A stretch of DNA of 43,853 bases from a virus (lineage: Duplodnaviria > Caudoviricetes), in the IMG/VR virus record IMGVR_UViG_3300025018_000238, positions 1 to 43,853 of that record. One strand, written 5' to 3'. The position numbers were made by a program, and so were the translations under genes. Shown here one piece after another: positions 29,101 to 35,415 of this stretch. Under the pieces are notes generated by a model. That model worked only from the letters and a program-made list of their open reading frames with translations. It had not been told where the DNA came from and made no database searches. Positions within the stretch are counted from its first letter, which is position 1. Each line of letters starts with the position of its first letter.

Positions 29101-29614
29101 CGGCCTGCGACCAAAGCAGTTAGCCGATATGCGTTTGCAACAACGTTTGATGCGAACCGCAAATGACGTAGCCACGAAAGACCGGCGCGAACAGCTTGGT
29201 GAAATGGCGGATAAACTTTTAGCCGATGATGTGGACACAGCACGTCAGATGGTTGAAGCGTACGCAAGTCAGACACCGTACACCGCAGACGAAGTTATGC
29301 GGAGTGTTGTTGACATGGCATTGGAACGTATGTTCCCGCGGGACTTTCTTGACGAAGGAACCAAAGCAAGTGCAGGACGTCGAGAACAGATTGCAGGAAG
29401 TTTCAACACACGGTTGCCACGTTTCAGTGAGCTTAAAGAAGAGGTCACAAAAAAGGCGCTGCGGAGTAAATTGTCCGGAGCGCCTGAAGAGTTAAGTCCG
29501 GTTGAAATGATCCGGGCTAACTTGATTGATGATTATATTAGTCAGAACCCGAACGTTCCTCGGACAGTTGCTCGGCAGGCTGTGAGTGAGCGGATGAAGC
29601 TGATGGGACTGTAG
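23165..29614 (+). CDS. Large ejection/internal virion protein, 2149 aa, with a zincin HExxH motif
   Basis: Last gene of the structural block; hydrophobic G/A-rich N- and C-terminal segments; TLAHEQFHG with downstream EEFLA. Confidence 0.75.
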   Translation: MNISDLLQNSQSLSASPSLSTQPNTLIGLQPQQQSIRSLLSQQSQQPKLQQPMRFGEIVDLKKLYDTQPQVAAMDLGEFARYMNQYDQKGRDFSLGTNPNFIKHTSSFVDDLFEATKIPAATGALTQAAAEMVGLDPKFGNDVGRDLPRGAVEVLSQAGWFFGPPGWAVAAAGLASAGSKGYTETDSVWAGAVDVAATAATPFVGMAGRTLGTNIAAKRIGGTLIKEGDKALRIAGPSTIGTRFGQAAVTRGTEEVAQLGLDAVSQALKGQNPFTPEALFANLISSTVDVVASGPAVKRLIDGKPTAARPFSTHAEQIQTQNVLQILDKQRRKFDEAVIEVDNTQAEQAGQRAARLRRTRQTERQERTRTTPTVVDRKQIQRVIDNLATAEPARSAPDVVAETKIVNQFVDELNARSDVPDFDAETRKALNLNPNGKFTSEGVLEFVQKMQRVHDEPVEKSLARLSDHLKDIESAASRRAAAERKAVDTQKKGKRNVDQLVEDPERIAEFNRIVQSLDDTQRDAIADAYARLGGILDTRAQTFALSAMQTAVLNWEKGGRKGDLGQKLKTATNDQAALRSAQKDRQRKKLVDQDVTKEEGVRTAEVETTGRELDEDRREAFVQRGREDGEMDVTDWSDKDAQRHADRLDAKYGVGAGKAYLFGLGEVRGSVRTDAGSAESTGQKAPSGPRPGQPLLAPTPPSGQKLSPRERMLWDWNKYAARAFEGSGLDTDIQLLYMDLGQRILLSFDEIDIPRIAALRQREEVVAAMGSVLGLNVPRGANDALMPKGRTLTRILGLTAEKVSDNKIMDGFIRVATLAHEQFHGMYNYLSRYRGNKKDILEKRTLLNRMEERAESLTVDERNDTLRFMYEYMIPKKLRNDTDINPVLREAAEDVEEFLAVFTETFSIALTMDKNARSKIQELKGHLAPEEVEFLQNQFRDLEQISRALSAFGKQSGVGERRMGQPEVNLGEFVEDFKALARTPEVLRKAQERLIKMNRFLDPQANVGRFHDQDELIRNVEDFFGDEDIKAKVSKSEQSLIKTALQKVFASDFRKFSETDQGIKPSFMTQAFGNPIQFALSVGDRIPIVRDLVANVYDKRSRADAILTDQNRVFMSRNLFGQLTSIANIPDKRLTPKQRLLKTAMGLVAQNPQAERAFSDIALRHNSERQNYTSPEDVMDIPSFARLESAERAQVWRLIEATKSMNTRAAQNIVQYSARQTGTMIAKFLMLQDPELRSADAQRQGMELQRKATELVARLNPQVQALLHGQVMRYTQDGVTKYVPLPQSKAEQIALRNQLVGDPTIDGRSVKAFQGSGLYRNKDLNNLHLRAVDQFANLLKSEGFDASIAQTVAATNAAHQVLTKVMDRPYFFTERRVGDYIVKYRRGEDENATIARRTEREANEAIAKLKKDPDVDPTSFVTSRKSQREKNSVAHYLNPTALRVFVELEKTAYEAAKAKHGKENADALFPDYTPGEASLQKALKERTRAFLRLQEQKPGREFTNLWESAIDYSTAVAYSLANSETRNNAELMLREPEFRDHPHVKKLMDEWVKNETDSAHKEYPGLKSGIFTYFLGFNLSSALIESSQTFLTTMPQITRLTGSFRESGAIIGRASRTVAQAYNARGFMTPGKLKFDDPELQIAFSRAIDEAVVSYGALDDVLLSPMELDTINSRRLTKGLLPVTAKEAVKNTAHLYAKTARSIYSVTTGTNARIAFVAGFEIGKKQGLQGDALYAFATEFTRSTQFSGGKPNRPFGLRYLGNAQGAASVLLSLSNFMMSSLHMMARLFNDSLREAKTQGVFSNLSEAGGARKAFMQMMGTQAFFAGAMGMPLAGFMVKTLEEIFGKEIYAATREGITQLMGDDEELGGLVSDIAMNGVPSAFLGVDVGSRFSLGSMFGLTAYQGFSMGGFLGAGGSIVNNVYEGLSMATQGDVGGAFQKALPQAFKNPLELMRNNGQFMDQKGELLYEPNFGEKLAYSIGLRPKQLADMRLQQRLMRTANDVATKDRREQLGEMADKLLADDVDTARQMVEAYASQTPYTADEVMRSVVDMALERMFPRDFLDEGTKASAGRREQIAGSFNTRLPRFSELKEEVTKKALRSKLSGAPEELSPVEMIRANLIDDYISQNPNVPRTVARQAVSERMKLMGL
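24699..24723. promoter_or_regulatory. 25-bp palindromic site, copy 4 (intragenic)
   Basis: GTATC-GTCC-AGAGTTT-GGAC-GATAC inside the 2149-aa gene (encodes RIVQSLDDT). Confidence 0.8.
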
Positions 29615-29873
29615 GCGAAGGAGTACGAGATTTTGTATCGGTCGGTTCGTCGATCAGGTCTTGTGCTTCTTCGTCAGGAATTTCACCGACGTCTGTGCGG
29701 AACGTGTGACGTGCTTGCTCCCAAGCACCACGGAGGTTACCTTGTCGCGGGTTGGGTTCGTACTGCGCGGCCCAACTTGCGAGTGCTTGGTGTTCAAACG
29801 GGCTGACGTGTTGCTTGTTCCAAATACGTTGGCCGAGCGGGTTAACTGAATCTGCTACTATTGTGACGTTCAT
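29538..29873 (-). pseudogene. thyX: Internally deleted flavin-dependent thymidylate synthase
   Basis: IVADSVNPLGQRI (phage ThyX N-terminus) is joined directly to HVSPFEHQA...GNLRGAWEQAR (ThyX C-terminus); the catalytic (R/T)HRx7SxR core is absent. Confidence 0.65.
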
Positions 29874-29935
29874 AATGATGATAGTGATGGTGGTGTGGTT
29901 TCTTTGCGTTGGTTGTTACGCTTTTGCGTTGGTTG

Positions 29936-30724
29936 TTATTTTTCGTTATGCCACCGCACAAAACGTGGGTGACGTAAAAGCCCTGACTTAAACTGTCCGC
30001 TGCCTTCGACCTCGCACGTGCGACCGAGATAGCTGTCTTGGTTTTGCCAGATTTCGTGACGTTCTTCGTCAGTGAGCCCGCCGCCGATTGTCGTTTCTTT
30101 GGTATCGTCCAAAGATAGGACAGCACGCAGCGCGCCGAGCGAGCCTGCGTATTTGCCTTGCCCTTCGACGAAACCAACCACGCGGAAGTCAGTAGTGACG
30201 ATGTGTTTTTGTCGAATAAGCGGTTCGTCCCACGTTGAGTTGAGACTGCGAAAGACAACACCTTCGTAGGTGTCATTGTTGACAACTTGGTCACGCCAGA
30301 AGTTTGCGAACGCAGAAACTGGAAGGGTCGGAACTAAAACAAAACTGTCAACCGCGAAACGTTCGACGATTTGGTTTGCAAGCTGCCACCGTTCAAGGTA
30401 TGGTTTGTCGTTGTAGCCCCAGACGTCAAAGACGAAAAGCTTTTCGTATAGTTGTTCGTCCTGTGCACGCTCAGTGCCGAACATGAACTCACCAACAAGC
30501 GTAACGGTTGTGATTAGTTTCATTGAGTTCGGCAGAATTGCGGAGTGTTTAAGTTGATTTGAACGTGAGTAGTATTGAGCTACGACAGTCGTTTCGTCGA
30601 CTGGAGTGATTTCGCAAGCGCACCAGATTCCGTCGTATTTCGGTTGGAAGTGAGTTGCTTTGTGTTCGAAGACGGCAAGTTGGAGGTCACCGTCGATGTA
30701 GTTTTGGCGTTGGTATTCTGACAT
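29936..30724 (-). CDS. lig: ATP-dependent DNA ligase
   Basis: QPKYDG (motif I), VGEF, FVFDV, YEGVVFR, OB domain EGQGKYAGSLGAL...IGGGLTDEER...LRHPRF; ATG at 30724. Confidence 0.92.
   Translation of the reverse strand: MSEYQRQNYIDGDLQLAVFEHKATHFQPKYDGIWCACEITPVDETTVVAQYYSRSNQLKHSAILPNSMKLITTVTLVGEFMFGTERAQDEQLYEKLFVFDVWGYNDKPYLERWQLANQIVERFAVDSFVLVPTLPVSAFANFWRDQVVNNDTYEGVVFRSLNSTWDEPLIRQKHIVTTDFRVVGFVEGQGKYAGSLGALRAVLSLDDTKETTIGGGLTDEERHEIWQNQDSYLGRTCEVEGSGQFKSGLLRHPRFVRWHNEK
30102..30126. promoter_or_regulatory. 25-bp palindromic site, copy 5 (intragenic)
   Basis: GTATC-GTCC-AAAGATA-GGAC-AGCAC inside the ligase gene (minus strand encodes VLSLDDT). Confidence 0.8.
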
Positions 30725-30755
30725 AAGTGGAAACGCGGACAAGCGTTGGGTTGAG

Positions 30756-32000
30756 TTATTGTGGTGGTTGTGCTGCTTTTGAGTTAAGCACGATAACGTG
30801 CTCTTGCGTCTTTGGGTTTTGCTTACGTGAAATAACTTTAGCGGACTGAAGGTGCAGAAGTATTTCGCGGTAGTCCTGTGGGCGTACAAACGAAAAGGCT
30901 TTGATCCGGAGTTGTGTTTCAGACAGCATTTGATCTGGTGCTTTGGACAAGATTTCAACAAGACGTGCTGCTTGTGCGTTGAGTGGGTTCTCGCCGACAC
31001 CATAGAACAAAGAGATCATACCGGTTTGAACTTTGTGAAGCAAACCTAATGCGAATTCTAAGTGCGGTTTAGTGAGTACCATGTCGTTGCCTTCGGATAA
31101 CGAGATAAGCATACCGAGTTTGAACATCTGGATATGCATGGTTGAGTTAAAGCCTTGGACGATTTCGTCTGTTGGTGCTTTGCGTTCCATGTACCATTGG
31201 TAGTAGAAGTCGTATGCGTCTTGTGAAATGGTGAACGGACCAGTTAATTTAAGTATTCGTTGCGCACCACGCTCAAGCCGAGTCCACGCTTCCTTTTGTG
31301 CTTCGGTGACCTTGGGGAAAGGGACACGTTTTGTTTCTTCTCGTTCAAAGATAAACATACAGCGCCGAGCGAAACCGCCTGTGAGAACTTCCTTCTTAAG
31401 GTATGAATAAATCCACGACGGGGTGGTGCAGCCCAGTAGGTTAAGACAGGGCGCAGTGATGTAGTCGTTACCTTTATTTTTTGTTTTAACTTCATAGACA
31501 GGTTCATCATATATTGTTGTGAGAAAGTCAACCATCTGCTCTGCGTTGAAGCCGAAGAAGTTTGAGAGTTCTGTTACGCAAATGGTTAAGGGTGTCCAAA
31601 CGATTGGCTTTTTTGTTTTTGGGTCAACGATCTGACGGCGGTAACCAGCTTCGTCACCTTTGCCTGCCATGTCTAGACAGATGGATTCACGTGTTTGTGC
31701 TTCGGCGGACAGCGGCACGGTTTTGACTTCGCGTAAAAGACGTTTGCACAAAGCCATTGCTGTGGTTTTCTTAACCCCCGGAGGACCGACGAGACACACG
31801 TAAATGTTTGGTAAGATTTTAATATGGCCGAGGTCGAACCAAACTTTGCCTGACGCAAACGAAGCAAGCGCAACGAACGCAGAGAACGTGTGGAACATCT
31901 CAGGGGATTCGGACTCACCAACCGCTTCGAGGTAGTCTCGAAGGAAGGATGTTGGCGGGGACGACGCGGGTTGAGATTCAGTTGTTGTGGTCGTGGTCAT
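30756..32000 (-). CDS. DUF3987-like P-loop ATPase/helicase
   Basis: ESPEMFH...PNIYVCLVGPPGVKKTTA (Walker A), TELSNF, FLTTIYD, PCLNLLGCTTP, GGFARR and a winged-helix-like C-terminus. Confidence 0.75.
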   Translation of the reverse strand: MTTTTTTESQPASSPPTSFLRDYLEAVGESESPEMFHTFSAFVALASFASGKVWFDLGHIKILPNIYVCLVGPPGVKKTTAMALCKRLLREVKTVPLSAEAQTRESICLDMAGKGDEAGYRRQIVDPKTKKPIVWTPLTICVTELSNFFGFNAEQMVDFLTTIYDEPVYEVKTKNKGNDYITAPCLNLLGCTTPSWIYSYLKKEVLTGGFARRCMFIFEREETKRVPFPKVTEAQKEAWTRLERGAQRILKLTGPFTISQDAYDFYYQWYMERKAPTDEIVQGFNSTMHIQMFKLGMLISLSEGNDMVLTKPHLEFALGLLHKVQTGMISLFYGVGENPLNAQAARLVEILSKAPDQMLSETQLRIKAFSFVRPQDYREILLHLQSAKVISRKQNPKTQEHVIVLNSKAAQPPQ

Positions 32001-32359
32001 TACTTAGCGTCTTTGTCGAACCCAATATGAAACTGTTTTGGACGTGCAGCGTCGATAAGTTGCTCTTGTATGTGACGCATAGTCCATGGCGGAGTTAAAG
32101 TAACACCTTCAAGTGCAGCAAGTTTACACAAAGCTTCAATAAACGTAACAAGTTGCGTCGAGATTTTGTCCTCGTCGCGCAAAATTTTCTGCATGTTTAT
32201 TGCTTGCATTTTGTTGTACGTATGCCAAGGCTGTCCGGTAGCGCCGTCGAGCAGAACGGTTTTACCGTCCGCAGACATAAGCAGAAAACATGTGCGCGAG
32301 AAGTCGATCTTGGTTAGAAGGTTTGACAAACTGCCGGGATTATTTTGTCGTGAGTTCAT
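32000..32359 (-). CDS. Hypothetical protein, 119 aa
   Basis: Translationally coupled to the downstream ATPase; no family recognised. Confidence 0.65.
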   Translation of the reverse strand: MNSRQNNPGSLSNLLTKIDFSRTCFLLMSADGKTVLLDGATGQPWHTYNKMQAINMQKILRDEDKISTQLVTFIEALCKLAALEGVTLTPPWTMRHIQEQLIDAARPKQFHIGFDKDAK

Positions 32360-32397
32360 AAGAAAGCGCAGTAAGCGCAGTAGTGGTGTTGACTAGT

Positions 32398-34992
32398 TTA
32401 GATTTCGTTAGGAAGTTCTTTCCAGTTCTCACCCCAACCACCATCGGCTGGAATATTAACTGGAATGTCGTGAATTGTAATGTCGATGCTGAACCAGTGC
32501 TTGAGTTTAGTCTTAGCCCAGTCACGGAGTTCTTGTGGCCATTGACCGCACAACGCATCGTGGACTGTGAGTATCGGTTCGACAATTAGCGATCCGTTTG
32601 GCCGACGATTCTCTGGGTCGTTGTACAAGTTGAGCAACGCAATGTTGGTGACGTAGGTTGTGTTCGCTTGTGGTTCATGCGCCAGAGCGTTACGGATTAC
32701 CTCGCCTTCGATTTGTGATCGGTTACGGATTGATAAGAACTTACGACGATGACCGTTAGCTGAGTCTAAACGACCAGTTTGTTTAAGCTGTTCAGCAAGA
32801 TATTTACGACGCGCGTTTACGTTGTAGAGTTTAGAGTACAACGTTTGCAGACGTTCACCAGTTGCGTTGTCAAGATCGATCGGTTCGCCTTTACCTGTGC
32901 TAACGATGTTCTTGATTGAGTCTTTGAGAATGGTTTTACGTAGCAGCGGAACCTCCATGCCGTAGTTGGTTCCGTGCTGCACACGCTTTGAGCACAAGTA
33001 CATAATAGCGTCACGTCCTTCGGAGTCGATTTCGTGTTGACGCGATTTCCAGTCTTCGGTTGTCCACGTAGAGACTTCACCGAGACCGTATTTTAATGCG
33101 AGCACAATGTTCTTAGAAGGTTTGATCTTATTAAGTAGATGGTGAAACATCTGCGGATAACCGACAGCTTTTAAGTCTGCAGCAACAGTCCACGCGTCCG
33201 CACCAGAAAGGTCGTACTGAAAGAAGTCATAACCGTCGTCGGCAGTGAACATCTTACGCACAGCTTTGGTTTGGTTCTGTAAGTTCGTGCCGAGGTAAAG
33301 CTTTGTTTGTTTAGTCGTGAGTTTAATTGAACCGTCGTCGAGGAGTGCGATGTTCGCTTTAGTTTTACGTGTCATGACGTTAGTTTCAGACGAAGCTGAA
33401 CGTCCGGTGTCGGGACCAACGTTTGTGAAGTTACAACGTATGCGCCCGTCATTAAACGGAATCACCTTTTGCAAGTCGGAGAACCGTGTACGCAGTTGGA
33501 TTAAACGCAGAATCTCAAGGAGTTCTTTGTTTCCAGTTTCAATGTACAGTTGGTCAAGCGCGGCTTCGTCTGCGGTGAGTTTACTACCTTGAGGTGTGCG
33601 TTTCTTTTTCGGTTTAAACTTCGGACTGATCGTTGCAAGATACGCGGCATGATGATAAGCCGGAGTAATTTTCTTCGGAGGCGGACCGATGTGTCCGTAG
33701 AGCCACGCAAGTTTGTGCGCTGTAGACTTAGGGTTGAACAACGCTCCGACGATCTTGTTAACCTTTGCTTGCTGATCAACGATTTGAGAGTAAACTTCTG
33801 CGGTTTGTTTTTTCCATTCAGTCGGGTTGATACGACACCCACGGACGGACATATACGTGTAAGGGTAAACAATCTTCATGTTGAACCGATAGTGGTCGTA
33901 CGAAGGTTGGTGCGCTTTGAGTATCGGCAGCATTTGGTAGTACGATTCGAGCGTAACCGCTGAGTCTTTACCGCAGTAGATTCTGTGCGTGTCATCGTCG
34001 TCGACAGTACGGTCGGACTTATAGTACGGTTCGTCTGTGTAGATACTTGCGACAGTCCCAAGGTCTTTACTTGTTTCGCAAAGTAGTTCCCAGTGCATGA
34101 ACATAGTGTCATCGCAAAGGTTTCGGACAACGATGCCGTGGTTCCACAGCAAACAGAACAATTCGTAATAACAGTTGTGTGCTAGTTTCGGAACGGCAGG
34201 GTCAGACAAAAGTTCAGATACTGCTCGCCAGACACGTTGCTCGTCGTCGGGATCGGAAAAGTAATTGCCGTTAATAAACCTGGCTCCGTTACGGAAAGGT
34301 ACGGTAAGAACTTCTGTGGGACTATTAGTAAAAGATATGCATTTAACGCCCGCGGCTTCAACACCACCCTCGATGTCGAACGCCACAGGAGCTTGTACTC
34401 GCCGGAGTGAATTAAGGAATTCAACACAATCATTAGCTGTTGGTCGGAAGTGTATCCGACGGTTCGGTAAGGCATAGCTTGGAGTTCGACCAATGCGGAG
34501 AGCTTTCTTAACGTCGAAGAGGAAGAGGTAAGTTTGCGATACGGCACGGATTAAATTGCTAGGGTGAAGAGTAGCGACGCACCAACAGTTAGCAGCAGTA
34601 GAGAAGAAAGGACTACCACGATAACTGTGGATTGAGACATCCACGCCCCCGTTAAGGGCTCGTACCGCAGCAGCGCCACAACATAAGATGACGTCAGGAG
34701 CATATAGTGTAAGGTCTTTAACAAGACGATTGATGCCGGACTGAATTTCAGGTCCAGACCATTGATAACTGGAGAGGTTGTTGTTAGGCGGGCGGAGTTG
34801 ACAAGCGTGACCGAGAAAGCAATGGTCAAAACTAACGCCGCACTGGGACAGAATTGAACGTAAGACAAGACCAGACGTGCCGGCAAACGGTTGTCCGGTT
34901 TGTTCTTCGGACACACCAGGGGCTTCGCCCACGATTGCTAGTCGGGGCGAAGCTGTGTGTGCTGGAGGGAAGCGGTTTGGTATAATCGGCAT
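32398..34992 (-). CDS. polA: Family A DNA polymerase with N-terminal uracil-DNA glycosylase-like domain and 3'-5' exonuclease
   Basis: UDG family-4-like IVGEAPG..EE..GQPF.G.SG...RPP...TLHPS; Exo motifs FDIE, AHN, YCGKD; TGRS.SS...NLQN; motif A DLSGADA, motif B KRVQHGTNYG, motif C VHDAL. Confidence 0.93.
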   Translation of the reverse strand: MPIIPNRFPPAHTASPRLAIVGEAPGVSEEQTGQPFAGTSGLVLRSILSQCGVSFDHCFLGHACQLRPPNNNLSSYQWSGPEIQSGINRLVKDLTLYAPDVILCCGAAAVRALNGGVDVSIHSYRGSPFFSTAANCWCVATLHPSNLIRAVSQTYLFLFDVKKALRIGRTPSYALPNRRIHFRPTANDCVEFLNSLRRVQAPVAFDIEGGVEAAGVKCISFTNSPTEVLTVPFRNGARFINGNYFSDPDDEQRVWRAVSELLSDPAVPKLAHNCYYELFCLLWNHGIVVRNLCDDTMFMHWELLCETSKDLGTVASIYTDEPYYKSDRTVDDDDTHRIYCGKDSAVTLESYYQMLPILKAHQPSYDHYRFNMKIVYPYTYMSVRGCRINPTEWKKQTAEVYSQIVDQQAKVNKIVGALFNPKSTAHKLAWLYGHIGPPPKKITPAYHHAAYLATISPKFKPKKKRTPQGSKLTADEAALDQLYIETGNKELLEILRLIQLRTRFSDLQKVIPFNDGRIRCNFTNVGPDTGRSASSETNVMTRKTKANIALLDDGSIKLTTKQTKLYLGTNLQNQTKAVRKMFTADDGYDFFQYDLSGADAWTVAADLKAVGYPQMFHHLLNKIKPSKNIVLALKYGLGEVSTWTTEDWKSRQHEIDSEGRDAIMYLCSKRVQHGTNYGMEVPLLRKTILKDSIKNIVSTGKGEPIDLDNATGERLQTLYSKLYNVNARRKYLAEQLKQTGRLDSANGHRRKFLSIRNRSQIEGEVIRNALAHEPQANTTYVTNIALLNLYNDPENRRPNGSLIVEPILTVHDALCGQWPQELRDWAKTKLKHWFSIDITIHDIPVNIPADGGWGENWKELPNEI

Positions 34993-34996
34993 GAGA

Positions 34997-35389
34997 CTAA
35001 AGGTCGGAAGTGCCGAACCCTGGGTGTTGTTTGGTTGCGTCAGCGCCGAGTTTAGCGTAACCCTGCATGTCGACGTAGTGGTCGATCTCTAACGGACTGC
35101 CGTTGACTGCTCGGCCGATCTTGTGTAAGATCATGTCGATAGCTTCGCGCTGACCGTAGGAGAGCTTTGAGTAAGTGTCACCTTGACGCGCAAGGTCTTT
35201 CATTGACTGAATGATACGTGCGTTTGAGGAGAAAGCACCGTGAGTTTGTTGACGCTGGCTGAGAACTGTGTCGATTGCGGATTTCCCTTGTATGGTCTGT
35301 TCAGCCGACGTGCTCGTTTCTTGGTGAAGATTGCCTGCAATAGTTTCTTGTTGTTTTGGCGGTACTGTTGTTAGTGGTGTGTGTGCCAT
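34997..35389 (-). CDS. DUF6378-like protein
   Basis: LSQRQQTHGAF...QREAIDMILHKIGRAVNG....DHYVDMQGYAKL matches the pattern of this phage family. Confidence 0.75.
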   Translation of the reverse strand: MAHTPLTTVPPKQQETIAGNLHQETSTSAEQTIQGKSAIDTVLSQRQQTHGAFSSNARIIQSMKDLARQGDTYSKLSYGQREAIDMILHKIGRAVNGSPLEIDHYVDMQGYAKLGADATKQHPGFGTSDL

Positions 35390-35415
35390 AATGTTTATTT
35401 CAGTTTAGGTTAAGT

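Noticed and set aside
23165-29614. Virion RNA polymerase (N4- or crAss-like) using the hairpins as promoters
   Set aside because: I saw no T7-like or DxDxD catalytic motifs, and the hairpin loops are not the C-GNA-G type of N4 promoters. A structure search would be needed to exclude it fully.
30725-31003. 93-aa N-terminal extension of the ligase ORF
   Set aside because: It overlaps the DUF3987 gene in another frame; ATG 30724 is the plausible start.
33402-33416. Eighth GTCC-N7-GGAC core inside the polymerase gene
   Set aside because: It lacks the outer GT/AC arms and the AT-rich spacer, so it is plausibly a chance match.
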